Source: a virus
Lineage: Duplodnaviria > Caudoviricetes
Virus record (IMG/VR): IMGVR_UViG_3300003691_000004
Location: 1,045 to 65,044 of that record
DNA length: 64,000 bases
Direction: 5' to 3' (one strand)
A program made the translations under genes and the position numbers. The stretch's first letter is position 1, and the number at the start of each line of letters is the position of its first letter. Of this stretch, positions 9,190 through 17,749 are shown one piece after another. Below the pieces are notes generated by a model. That model searched no databases. It had not been told where the DNA came from and saw nothing but the letters and a program-made list of their open reading frames with translations.

Positions 9190-9809
9190 TGATGAGAACA
9201 TTAATGATCGCACTGGCAGCAATTTTACTAATGTCGGGATGTCATCTCCATAGAGTGCCACGCGAGCTGACATTAAATGAGCGACTTGGCCGAGAATGGA
9301 GCGACCCAACCCTCGACAGTGACCCTCCGAGGGAAGGGTACGTCGCCTCGGTCAACGTCGGCTACCTGGGTAACGACTATGAGGCCTACGGTGAGGAAGC
9401 GTCGGCTGACGGCGTCGTGTTTGGAGGTGAGGTGGTCGCATCGGAGTGGTTTCGGCTCGGCGCGGACGTGTCATACGCGAAGGGAGACATCTACGGGGTC
9501 GACCTTAGGCACGCGATCTACACACTCAATGCGAAGGCGTATCCGTTTGGAGCGACTGAGAGCCCGGTACAACCTTACGCCCTACTCGGGTACGCGATGT
9601 CGTGGGGGTCGTTGGAATACTGGGGACAGACGGAATCATTCACGGCGAACGGGGGGGCGATAGGTGTCGGAGTGGATTTCCTATTCCCTGGAACTGACAT
9701 CTTTTCAAGAGCGGAGTATCGAGTGTATGATTGGAGCAGTTCGTCAGACCTCGGTTTAGACGAAGTGGATCAAGACTCGATCTCGCTAAGTATTGGAGTT
9801 CAGTTTTGA
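9189..9809 (+). CDS. outer-membrane beta-barrel protein (OmpA/Ail-like) with lipoprotein-type signal
   Basis: Signal peptide with LMSGC lipobox, amphipathic strands, PYALLGY, GVGVDF, RAEYRVY, C-terminal SIGVQF signature. Confidence 0.8.
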   Translation: MMRTLMIALAAILLMSGCHLHRVPRELTLNERLGREWSDPTLDSDPPREGYVASVNVGYLGNDYEAYGEEASADGVVFGGEVVASEWFRLGADVSYAKGDIYGVDLRHAIYTLNAKAYPFGATESPVQPYALLGYAMSWGSLEYWGQTESFTANGGAIGVGVDFLFPGTDIFSRAEYRVYDWSSSSDLGLDEVDQDSISLSIGVQF

Positions 9810-10105
9810 GTGCGTTTATTTTGGCAACGTCTGATCGGATGCGAATCATCAAAGACAGAATCCAGCATCGCCGCGACGCGATACATGACGCCTTGGTGCT
9901 TACAGATGACTTGTTTAGTCGCGAGGTGATCGCGGCGCGTAAAATATTGCTTGGGGCAACGCACGGTGAATTGGGTTTGATCTCCGCGATGCAGTCGGCT
10001 GCTTTCCTCTTGTCGCTGATGCCAATTCACTCCAAGCCTAACGAGGTAATTTTGTTGCTGAAGAGTGCGATCGATTACCAGCCAGGTGACCCTGAAAGGT
10101 TATAA
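9806..10105 (+). CDS. hypothetical protein
   Basis: Coupled TTG start overlapping previous stop. Confidence 0.55.
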   Translation: MSAFILATSDRMRIIKDRIQHRRDAIHDALVLTDDLFSREVIAARKILLGATHGELGLISAMQSAAFLLSLMPIHSKPNEVILLLKSAIDYQPGDPERL

Positions 10106-10383
10106 TGGTTGCGGTTAACAAAGAGTGGATTCCCTCCGGGGGATTGATGATGATTACATGGCGTGAAGATCTACCACCTAAAAAATACATCTTAGTTACA
10201 GCCATAGATCGCGCCTACATCGCCAGGACTACAACAGGTGAGCTGGTCTTTCGTGACGGCAAACCTGCGTTGTTAATGCTTGAGGAGGGCGCTGTGCACA
10301 TCGACGACATCTACGATATGACTGGCGCGTTCCGGGTCAGCCGAGCAACTAAACAAAAATGGCCTGGAGCTGCGACGCTGTAA
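10105..10383 (+). CDS. hypothetical protein
   Basis: TAATG coupling, 92 aa. Confidence 0.65.
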   Translation: MVAVNKEWIPSGGLMMITWREDLPPKKYILVTAIDRAYIARTTTGELVFRDGKPALLMLEEGAVHIDDIYDMTGAFRVSRATKQKWPGAATL

Positions 10384-10607
10384 TGGAGAACTCAATTGAG
10401 CTATCGAGATTTGACAACTGCGGTAGCTTTCGCGTCTCAGTGGATGACATCTCAATAATACAGCAAGCGGGACCGAGTACGTTAATCATAACAAACAAAC
10501 AGACATCTCTCTTGGTGAAGGAGAGTGTCGCTCAAGTGGAACTTAAAGTAATGGAGGCCAAGAGATCGTGGACGCAGCTAAGAGATGGAATCATAAGAAA
10601 GCGGTAG
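10383..10607 (+). CDS. hypothetical protein
   Basis: TAATG coupling; LLVKESVAQV motif as in FlbD-like small proteins. Confidence 0.55.
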   Translation: MENSIELSRFDNCGSFRVSVDDISIIQQAGPSTLIITNKQTSLLVKESVAQVELKVMEAKRSWTQLRDGIIRKR

Positions 10608-10948
10608 AAGCTCAACCGACAGCGAACAGGTCTGGGTTTTACGTAGGCGCTATGTATGGGCAGCCGGGGATCATGGCTGGACTGAACGCCATAGACGTTA
10701 GTGTTTACGACGTTTGGTGCTTCATTGTCAACGGCCAAGAGATCAATATGGCCCCACCCCCTGATTGCTACCCTTACGAAACGCCACCGTCCCCGCTGCG
10801 AGCCGAGTTAGATTCCGCACTAAAAAGCGCTCTGATCGACAAGCAGGATCTAGAATTAATGAACGTCAGCAGCATCGGTAAGCTTGAAGACGTGATTGAC
10901 ACTTTGAGACTAATGATCCAACTAGACGACCAGGGGCTTTTGTCATGA
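10568..10948 (+). CDS. hypothetical protein
   Basis: ORF in operon; start uncertain. Confidence 0.55.
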   Translation: MDAAKRWNHKKAVEAQPTANRSGFYVGAMYGQPGIMAGLNAIDVSVYDVWCFIVNGQEINMAPPPDCYPYETPPSPLRAELDSALKSALIDKQDLELMNVSSIGKLEDVIDTLRLMIQLDDQGLLS

Positions 10949-11469
10949 CAGAGAGTGAAGACTACACCAAGCAGGACTTGAAGAAGTACTACGGCAAGGA
11001 CAACGCCTTTGACTTCGAGTACTTGCTCGACGACGCTTATCTGAACGTCGCGATGCTGCATGTTGGTTGTGGTAGCGGCGAGATAATGACAAAGTCTCGC
11101 GAGCATTGGGACGGCGTAGATTTCAATGAGAACTTGCATTACCTCTGGGACGAGCTAGACGTCTCCGCCCGCACTGGCGACGTCCGTGATATGCACTGGA
11201 TTAGTCCAGAGCAGTACGACTACACGTTCTCAGTCGATTTCTTCGAGCACCTCAAACCTGAAGACGTGCCGAAGGTGGTAGCTGAGCTGACGCGCGTTGC
11301 ACCGCACGGAATCCACGTCATCGACCGTGCACCGCTGTCATACTTCAGGGGGACAGGGAACAAGAATTTGCACCCCTCAGGCGGCCTGTGTGGGGACGAG
11401 TGGTTAGCTCACTTCCCAACGCACGCGACCATGACTCAAACGAAACGTCACGTAACAATTAAGTGGTAA
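10945..11469 (+). CDS. class I SAM-dependent methyltransferase
   Basis: LHVGCGSG, GVDFN, GDVRDM, YDYTFSVDFFEHL, ELTRV. Confidence 0.85.
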   Translation: MTESEDYTKQDLKKYYGKDNAFDFEYLLDDAYLNVAMLHVGCGSGEIMTKSREHWDGVDFNENLHYLWDELDVSARTGDVRDMHWISPEQYDYTFSVDFFEHLKPEDVPKVVAELTRVAPHGIHVIDRAPLSYFRGTGNKNLHPSGGLCGDEWLAHFPTHATMTQTKRHVTIKW

Positions 11470-11479
11470 GGATCGATTA

Positions 11480-11743
11480 ATGCATCGAACAATTAAAAGA
11501 GCGATTTTCTTCACAGCGCTAGCAACTCTAATCGGCGTCCCTCTCTTTATGGGTGTTGTCACTCACCAAAAAGAGAAGGCTCAATCGACAGCGATCTATG
11601 AGTTAGTTCAGCCGCGAATGAAGAGTCAATTTGTAACGGGAGTCTGGTTTGACGATTTTGGTAGGCCGATCGCTGGCGTAGATCTCACAACAGGATATGA
11701 AGTATTTTTCAGTGGAACTTTCAGATTAAGGGGTCAGCAATGA
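11480..11743 (+). CDS. hypothetical membrane protein
   Basis: TAAGGA RBS; N-terminal TM helix. Confidence 0.65.
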   Translation: MHRTIKRAIFFTALATLIGVPLFMGVVTHQKEKAQSTAIYELVQPRMKSQFVTGVWFDDFGRPIAGVDLTTGYEVFFSGTFRLRGQQ

Positions 11744-12087
11744 GTGCAATGCAATGGATCGATTCGAAGCGCGACGGTTATCCGCAAATGGATTGCGAAA
11801 CCGAGATGTGGTTTACGTGTAACGACTTCAAAGAACAGGGTGTTTACGTATCCGTGCCATTCGAAAGTTTGCGCCGATACAGATACTACTGCCCAGTATC
11901 AACATTGAGTTTACCTGAGATCCCAGAGACGCCGATTTACAGGTATCTAAAGCAGCAAGTGAAAGAACTCAACGAGAGCAGGCCATGCTTAAGCACACTG
12001 TACTATGACGGGCGACTAGACTCGCTTAACCATGCAATTAGCCAAGAAAGAGCAGGTAATTTCGATGAGAAACTTCAAGTGGAATAA
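11740..12087 (+). CDS. hypothetical protein (DUF551-like)
   Basis: MQWID...P...YYCP..LPEIP pattern. Confidence 0.6.
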   Translation: MSAMQWIDSKRDGYPQMDCETEMWFTCNDFKEQGVYVSVPFESLRRYRYYCPVSTLSLPEIPETPIYRYLKQQVKELNESRPCLSTLYYDGRLDSLNHAISQERAGNFDEKLQVE

Positions 12088-12388
12088 GCAATCTGAAACG
12101 CCAGCACCAGCCGACCCACCAGAAGAACACTACTTCATTGGCGCAAACTCCAAACAGGAGATGATGTGCCCAGACGACGTGATAGCAACCAGCGTCCCTG
12201 GTTATTACAATTACTGGGCTGGCCCGTTCATTATCGATGACTACAAAGAGTCCCCTGAGTATTTGAAGTCGTTAGTTAAGTCGATCGAGTACTTCGAAGA
12301 AAGTGGAATCCACGAAAAGGACCAATACAAAAAAGGCGTCCTAGCTGGATACCGCGACGCTGTAGCGCAAATAATGAAAGAGCTATAG
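12065..12388 (+). CDS. hypothetical protein (DUF551-like)
   Basis: FKWNKQSETP...YWAGP pattern; ATG 12065. Confidence 0.6.
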   Translation: MRNFKWNKQSETPAPADPPEEHYFIGANSKQEMMCPDDVIATSVPGYYNYWAGPFIIDDYKESPEYLKSLVKSIEYFEESGIHEKDQYKKGVLAGYRDAVAQIMKEL

Positions 12389-12445
12389 CGCTCTGATCTG
12401 AGAATCGACGTTAGTATTAATTCAACCAATGAAAGCAGGTGAACG

Positions 12446-12646
12446 ATGAGTAGTGAATGGACAGCGGATGTAAGCGCAAGTGTTGGAGGTCTATCCTCGA
12501 CGCTGTTGATTGTTTTTGTAGTACTAAAACTAACAGGTGTCATCGATTGGTCGTGGTGGTGGGTGATGTCTCCATTGTGGATCTCGATGTTGATTGTTGT
12601 GGTTTCCATCGTTGTTTTAGTTTGCATGGCTAGGAGTATGCGATGA
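12446..12646 (+). CDS. small phage membrane protein
   Basis: FVVLKLTGVIDWSWWWVMSPLW, a common phage 2-TM family motif. Confidence 0.75.
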   Translation: MSSEWTADVSASVGGLSSTLLIVFVVLKLTGVIDWSWWWVMSPLWISMLIVVVSIVVLVCMARSMR

Positions 12647-12957
12647 GTAAGATCCGAGTGACGTTCAATGACGGTTCCACCCTGATATTGGAGGACATTT
12701 CCAAGCTTCAAGATAGCGGAAACTGGGTAAACATCGAGCGCATCATGCCTTTGCTGGGCGAGCCTGATACGAGTAATAGCAGAGTAGTGAAGTACAACTT
12801 CAAGGACGACGCTAAAGATCCTTGCTCGATCCGTGTTTGGGATTCATCAATAAGAATGTCTTGCATAAACGACGACAATAGTTGTGTGAGCTTCTCAAAA
12901 GCAATGGCAGCGGAGCTATGGCCTATCGTGAAGAAGTTCGCAGAGGGTGAAGCATGA
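12643..12957 (+). CDS. hypothetical protein
   Basis: ATGA coupling, AGGAG RBS. Confidence 0.65.
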   Translation: MSKIRVTFNDGSTLILEDISKLQDSGNWVNIERIMPLLGEPDTSNSRVVKYNFKDDAKDPCSIRVWDSSIRMSCINDDNSCVSFSKAMAAELWPIVKKFAEGEA

Positions 12958-13322
12958 GCGACATCCCAAATTGCCCCTGCTGCGGCGGTGAGGCTACAGA
13001 GATCGATGACCCCTACGCCCTCGGTGTGCTTTGGTCCGTACGTTGTGTTGACTGTGGGCTAGAGACAGCGCAGTTCAGGGCTAAAGCCGGAGCCATAGCC
13101 GCCTGGAGCAAACGCGCTGACGGTTGGGTGAGTGTTGAGGATCGATTGCCAGAGAATACAAAATATTGGTGCTATGAGGTCTGGCACGATAAGGCCGAAT
13201 ACTTATGGGAAAAGCGCGAGATCAATTGCCGTTGGGATGGTGAGACCTTCCGTTGTGATGACGATCTACCGATTGAAAAAGTGACTCATTGGCGGCTACA
13301 AACGGAAGGCCCGAGCGCATGA
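12954..13322 (+). CDS. Lar-family restriction alleviation Zn-finger fused to DUF551 domain
   Basis: CPCCGGEA...VRCVDCG...AIAAWSKR then WVSVEDRLPE...VTHW. Confidence 0.8.
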   Translation: MSDIPNCPCCGGEATEIDDPYALGVLWSVRCVDCGLETAQFRAKAGAIAAWSKRADGWVSVEDRLPENTKYWCYEVWHDKAEYLWEKREINCRWDGETFRCDDDLPIEKVTHWRLQTEGPSA

Positions 13323-13546
13323 CTGACAACTACTTCGACCCAAACGAAACGGTGACACTTGGGGAACTAAGAAAGCTCCTGCTCGACAAGGTGAAGATCT
13401 TAGATGCTCTAGCGCACCATCACACAGAGAACCACCCAAGCGAAAAGGATTTAATCTTAAGGTTGCGTGAGGGTGGGGCTGTTTGTTTGGAGATTTGGTC
13501 CGAGATTGCAACTATGGACAAACTACCGGAAGGCCCGAGCACATGA
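13319..13546 (+). CDS. hypothetical protein
   Basis: Starts in the junction repeat (ATGA), ends EGPST. Confidence 0.65.
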   Translation: MTDNYFDPNETVTLGELRKLLLDKVKILDALAHHHTENHPSEKDLILRLREGGAVCLEIWSEIATMDKLPEGPST

Positions 13547-13749
13547 AGTCATGTAAAAATTGTGGGGTTGGATCAGACTGGAGTGGTGGTCATATCGATG
13601 ATCTCTGCGATCGGTGCCGAGGAAATCTCATACCTTACGTGCCCATCGATGTAAATCAGGAGGTAGTGAGCCGAATCGTGCCAAAGGCACTGCAAGAAAA
13701 AGTCAGGAAACTAATAGCTAATTGGAAAGAGGAAGGTCCGAGCGCATGA
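13543..13749 (+). CDS. small Zn-finger protein
   Basis: CKNC...CDRC; ends EGPSA. Confidence 0.65.
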   Translation: MKSCKNCGVGSDWSGGHIDDLCDRCRGNLIPYVPIDVNQEVVSRIVPKALQEKVRKLIANWKEEGPSA

Positions 13750-13994
13750 GCAGATTTCAATGCATCGTGTGCGGCACAGAATATGACTACATGCCTGACC
13801 CCTGCCCCTTGTGCTGACCCAAACCCAAATCAATCGAAGACCACGCGAGCGACCTGAAGGCTTGGCTTGTTGAGCGGGAGTTGACGATTGACATCGAAGC
13901 GGGGCAAGTCGATTTGAATTTGCGCGAGACTCATTTCGTGAACCTGCTGGGCTCACTCATTGACGTTGACGAGATCGGATATGGCTGTGAGTAG
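13746..13994 (+). pseudogene. rubredoxin-like Zn-finger gene interrupted by in-frame TGA
   Basis: MSRFQCIVCG...CPLC-TGA(13815)-PKPKSIEDH... same frame stays open to TAG 13994, overlapping next start. Confidence 0.55.
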
Positions 13995-14211
13995 TGCTGA
14001 CGAAACTGTGAAGGCTTTAGTCGCACTTACCGCCTTCTTTACGTGCTTGTTCTGCCTGGCAACATGCAGATTAACCTACAACGTAACCATTAAAAACTAC
14101 AGCCAGATCACCTTCCCCACGCACAACGAATCCGCCACCTACACGCTCACCGAAGACGAGTTGGACAAGGTGCGGGAGTTTAAGATTACGCTTGTTAAGG
14201 AGCGGGAATGA
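13987..14211 (+). CDS. hypothetical membrane protein
   Basis: Hydrophobic N-terminus; GTG start. Confidence 0.55.
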   Translation: MSSADETVKALVALTAFFTCLFCLATCRLTYNVTIKNYSQITFPTHNESATYTLTEDELDKVREFKITLVKERE

Positions 14212-14477
14212 CAAATCCCATCAAAGGTGCAGTTAGAGTACGTAAAAAGTCTCCAGAAGGATGGGCCATACAGTACACGGGAGACAACATTAAAGACGTT
14301 GCCCGGTTGTTAGACAGGAGAGGGTACGCTTCTAAAGTTTGGGTAGAGACTATCGAAAAGCATATACCTATCGGTAACTGGGTTATGAAGTACGACCGCA
14401 AAGGTGAGATAATAGCCAACGACCAAGAGGAATGGTTTTTTAGGATACACGAACTCGTTAAGGAGCGCACAGAATGA
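14208..14477 (+). CDS. hypothetical protein
   Basis: RKK...AIQYTGDN...GNWV...F motif common in phage small proteins; TAAGGAG RBS. Confidence 0.7.
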   Translation: MTNPIKGAVRVRKKSPEGWAIQYTGDNIKDVARLLDRRGYASKVWVETIEKHIPIGNWVMKYDRKGEIIANDQEEWFFRIHELVKERTE

Positions 14478-14671
14478 CTGATAAGATTGAAGACGAAGAC
14501 ACCATCGAAGTGACCTTTGAGGGGTGTAGTGGAGAAAAGTTGACATCCGAGGAAGTCACAGAGCATTCGGATTTAGTTAAGGTCGTTGTAGCTCTTTGGG
14601 AAGATGCTGGTGAAGAGATAGGTTCGAGTAAGTACGATGTGACTATCAGGCTGAAGAGGTGTACAGGATGA
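14474..14671 (+). CDS. hypothetical protein
   Basis: ATGA coupling, TAAGGAG RBS. Confidence 0.65.
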   Translation: MTDKIEDEDTIEVTFEGCSGEKLTSEEVTEHSDLVKVVVALWEDAGEEIGSSKYDVTIRLKRCTG

Positions 14672-14976
14672 CTGACAAACTCCAGTGGCGACGAACTAGC
14701 GATGGTCTGCCCAGTGAGCACTGTGAGAGTGGTAAGTGGTATGTAACGGATTCCTACAAGGGCGGCATAGTAAACGTAACAAACGACAGGAGGGAACTTA
14801 GAAAGTGGGAATACTATTGCCCCTATCCAGTCATCGCGCCACCAGCAAAGCCGGATAGCAAGTTGGTGAAGTGGTTGATGCCGCTGTTCTCTAAGCCTGA
14901 ACATCATAGAAGCACAATCTCAGGGATCTTGCTTCAAACCATATTTGACAAAGCCACGAACGGGGATTTCGATTAG
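14668..14976 (+). CDS. hypothetical protein (DUF551-like)
   Basis: LQWRRTSDGLP...YYCPYP..PP. Confidence 0.6.
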   Translation: MTDKLQWRRTSDGLPSEHCESGKWYVTDSYKGGIVNVTNDRRELRKWEYYCPYPVIAPPAKPDSKLVKWLMPLFSKPEHHRSTISGILLQTIFDKATNGDFD

Positions 14977-15127
14977 GCGTGAAGGTAATTTCATCGATGG
15001 TTTTCTTGACGTAGTAACCAGCGCAGAGCTTGGGATGTTTGTCGCTGTATTCATGTTGGTTTCATTCATTCCGCTTTCCATAATGGCCTGTGCGTTCTTC
15101 AGCGAGAGAAGTAAGTTGAGAAGGTGA
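14945..15127 (+). CDS. small membrane protein
   Basis: One TM helix; start uncertain. Confidence 0.45.
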   Translation: MTKPRTGISIRREGNFIDGFLDVVTSAELGMFVAVFMLVSFIPLSIMACAFFSERSKLRR

Positions 15128-15378
15128 AGATAGTCCCCTACGACTGGAACATGAACACGAACCGAGTCTCGATAAGCGAGTACTTGAAAGCGAAGGAAGC
15201 CGTGAATAACACCCACTTCAGAAACCCACACGAGGAACCATCACCCGAAGACATCGATCACAATCTTGGTGGATGGATGGCCGACTACACGGTCGAGGAA
15301 TTGGAAATGATTCACAGCGACGAGAAACTTCACGAGGCCAAGGACCATCGGGCCATGGAGGAGAATGACAATGAGTGA
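15124..15378 (+). CDS. hypothetical protein
   Basis: GTGA coupling. Confidence 0.6.
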   Translation: MKIVPYDWNMNTNRVSISEYLKAKEAVNNTHFRNPHEEPSPEDIDHNLGGWMADYTVEELEMIHSDEKLHEAKDHRAMEENDNE

Positions 15379-15604
15379 GACATCGAATAACAAAAGTCGC
15401 TACACCTTTTACGCAACGATCGCAGCCAGCCAGCCGGACGGCCCAGGTTGTTACCATATCGAAGTCTCAGCAAGCGACCGCTTCGAGGCCGAGAACGAGG
15501 CTCGGAGGCGAGTCCATGAGCGAACCGAGGGTCGTTGGGCCTTCATGTATGACAGGCTCCTAGACGTCCATAGGCTCGACCGCCGTGTGATTGGATCGTT
15601 GTAA
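15371..15604 (+). CDS. hypothetical protein
   Basis: GGAGGAG RBS; RWAFMY motif. Confidence 0.65.
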   Translation: MSETSNNKSRYTFYATIAASQPDGPGCYHIEVSASDRFEAENEARRRVHERTEGRWAFMYDRLLDVHRLDRRVIGSL

Positions 15605-15930
15605 TGGACAATGGGGACTGGTCAACACCTGAAGCCGACGAGAACATTCAATTCATCCTAGGGTTTCGCGAGTGTTTACTGAGATCAACGAAGAGTAGCG
15701 CCGAGGTAGACGAGGAGATCTCTGAACTCTGCGAAGAGCTTGGTATCCCTAAAAAAGAACTCGTTTACGGCGAAAGATCTTTAGAGAGCCGCCGCAAAGT
15801 AGAACACGTCGCGTATGAGGATCTACCCAAAGGAAAACCCTGTGCACCTGAGGTTTGGGCGGATGAAGCCCTAGCTGAATTGCAGTCTAGTCAGGCTAAA
15901 TACATAGCCAAGAACTTCTTCAAGGATTAG
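15604..15930 (+). CDS. hypothetical protein
   Basis: TAATG coupling, 108 aa. Confidence 0.65.
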   Translation: MDNGDWSTPEADENIQFILGFRECLLRSTKSSAEVDEEISELCEELGIPKKELVYGERSLESRRKVEHVAYEDLPKGKPCAPEVWADEALAELQSSQAKYIAKNFFKD

Positions 15931-15932
15931 AA

Positions 15933-16205
15933 ATGAAGTACAACCACCTCACATGTTGCTTTGAGCACAAAAGGGAAGACGGTACGGTTTTGAGGATACA
16001 CGACAAAGACATCCCCAAGGAAGGCGTTCCCGACCTGATTAACTGGATCGATCCAGCCCAAACCCCTGGAAGTATGGAGTGGATCAAAAAGCACTCACCG
16101 CTAAGTGACAAGCAAGCTGAGCTTGTGCACATGTTATGGGACTCAGGATGGATGGGTATCTGCACAGATGAAATAATGCAAAAGTTGAGGGAAACAACAG
16201 AATAA
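15933..16205 (+). CDS. hypothetical protein
   Basis: AAGGA RBS, 90 aa. Confidence 0.65.
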   Translation: MKYNHLTCCFEHKREDGTVLRIHDKDIPKEGVPDLINWIDPAQTPGSMEWIKKHSPLSDKQAELVHMLWDSGWMGICTDEIMQKLRETTE

Positions 16206-16311
16206 AAGTGCTCGGAATTGAAAGCAGAGTGCATAGCAGAAGAGATCACTAAGAGTAACATCGATGTAGTTGAGCTAACTTTTAATCCACCAACTAACAT
16301 TAAGGAAATCA

Positions 16312-16599
16312 ATGAGTAGCGACGAGGCTCCCGCAAACCACAAACGCCTACCAGGTGAAAGTCGTCAGGTCTACCGCAAGCGAATTAACGCCGAGTTCAA
16401 GTTGTACATGAACCAGTCAAAAGCTTATGATAAGCGGTCGATGTTGCACGATAGGCACCAAGCAAACCTCGCTGAATTTGAACGCAATCGAAAGCGAAAG
16501 AAAGGCGTAATCAACATTGATAAGTGCGAAACGGACAGAGAACAGGTTCGGCTTGACTCTGAAGTACTACCGACTGAAGAACAAACTGACGCTACGTGA
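16312..16599 (+). CDS. hypothetical protein
   Basis: TAAGGA RBS; basic. Confidence 0.55.
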   Translation: MSSDEAPANHKRLPGESRQVYRKRINAEFKLYMNQSKAYDKRSMLHDRHQANLAEFERNRKRKKGVINIDKCETDREQVRLDSEVLPTEEQTDAT

Positions 16600-17002
16600 G
16601 GCTTGCGTTTTCTTAGGTATGCCAACAACAACTCTCTCCGGGGTAGAGAACGGAAGGGCGGACCCGTTAACCATTGAGCAGATGCGATTGGCTGCTAATG
16701 GTTATTCAAAGGGAATGTCCGAGAGCCGCGAGGTGTTGTTTGACAGGCTTCGCGTCTTAGCTGTCAAGCAGAGGCGTCAGTCATACGGCGGAGTGATGCT
16801 GTACAGCGACGGCGCGAAAGACGAATCGCTAGCAGACATGCTCGGTGTGTTGTGGCCATTAAATGAAGAGCAATTTAACGCGGTGTCAAACGCTCTGATC
16901 GCAGCAACTGACGTAGAGTACAAAGACGACAATGGGGCATGGAAGCTCGCCGAAGGTAGACCATCAAATGAAATGGACAAACGCTTTGAAGATAAGAACT
17001 AA
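16517..17002 (+). CDS. XRE-family HTH transcriptional regulator
   Basis: FGLTLKYYRLKNKLTLREACVFLGMPTTTLSGVENGR. Confidence 0.85.
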   Translation: MISAKRTENRFGLTLKYYRLKNKLTLREACVFLGMPTTTLSGVENGRADPLTIEQMRLAANGYSKGMSESREVLFDRLRVLAVKQRRQSYGGVMLYSDGAKDESLADMLGVLWPLNEEQFNAVSNALIAATDVEYKDDNGAWKLAEGRPSNEMDKRFEDKN

Positions 17003-17450
17003 AGAGAGCATCTTAAAGACTATGAGACTTGGCGACTGGATGTTCCTGGATCAAATTAGTCTGAGGTCTGGGGTTTCGAAGGCTGTAGCAACTGCACATC
17101 TCAAGCAAATGGAAGACGACGAGTCGTATAGGCTTATCGGTGAGTTTGGTCGTTTCGATACAAGTTGTAGGCGGGTGGTGAAGAGGTGGAGGTTGCTCGC
17201 AAAGGGGGAGCGGCGACCATCTGGCGAGAGTAAGCCGACGAAGATCAAAGAGATCGAGTCCGTGTTGGTTAACAATAAGGGGGAGTGGTTATTCACAGCA
17301 CAGGTGGCGGAATTAACGAAGTCGACAGTTGAGCATACTCGAAAAACCTTAAAGAAGCTCCAGATCGAAAACCCTCCGAAAGTGGAGAGTGAGATGGGTT
17401 TCTTTGGCAATCAACAGCGCAAGACGTTAAAGTGGAGATCTGTTAATTGA
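16932..17450 (+). CDS. tandem winged-helix protein
   Basis: Two related halves, each W...I/V A..S/T..S...L...W R; start uncertain. Confidence 0.6.
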   Translation: MGHGSSPKVDHQMKWTNALKIRTKESILKTMRLGDWMFLDQISLRSGVSKAVATAHLKQMEDDESYRLIGEFGRFDTSCRRVVKRWRLLAKGERRPSGESKPTKIKEIESVLVNNKGEWLFTAQVAELTKSTVEHTRKTLKKLQIENPPKVESEMGFFGNQQRKTLKWRSVN

Positions 17451-17749
17451 CTACTAACTTTGACAGGGTGCATTGCCACTTCGACGAGTGCGCCCTTTAC
17501 ACAAAGTGCTCAAGAGCTGTAGATTTCAACGATTTCGGACTAAACCTCGTAGGAATGTATTTGTTCTCCAATGAGCCGAAGTGTTTCAAGGAAAAGGACG
17601 CGGATGCCAACTCCAGAACAGCTAATGTCTCTAATGGACTACCCATTATGGGTGAACGAGTCCGCGATTACTTCGCAGATACCGGAGGACCGGGACTCTG
17701 TGAGGTCGGCGATAGTGAAGCTGTCGAACATAGAGAACTCACCAATTGA
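17447..17749 (+). CDS. Cys-rich hypothetical protein
   Basis: C....CAL...C.R N-terminus; overlaps next ORF. Confidence 0.4.
   Translation: MTTNFDRVHCHFDECALYTKCSRAVDFNDFGLNLVGMYLFSNEPKCFKEKDADANSRTANVSNGLPIMGERVRDYFADTGGPGLCEVGDSEAVEHRELTN

Larger units (their letters stand above)
13304..13749 (+). repeat. 19-bp direct repeat at three consecutive gene junctions
   Basis: GGAAGGYCCGAGCRCATGA at 13304-13322, 13528-13546, 13731-13749. Confidence 0.9.

Noticed and set aside
13815-13817. Genome-wide TGA recoding or selenocysteine
   Set aside because: Many genes end in TGA with ATGA coupling, long genes are intact in code 11, and no SECIS-like hairpin follows.
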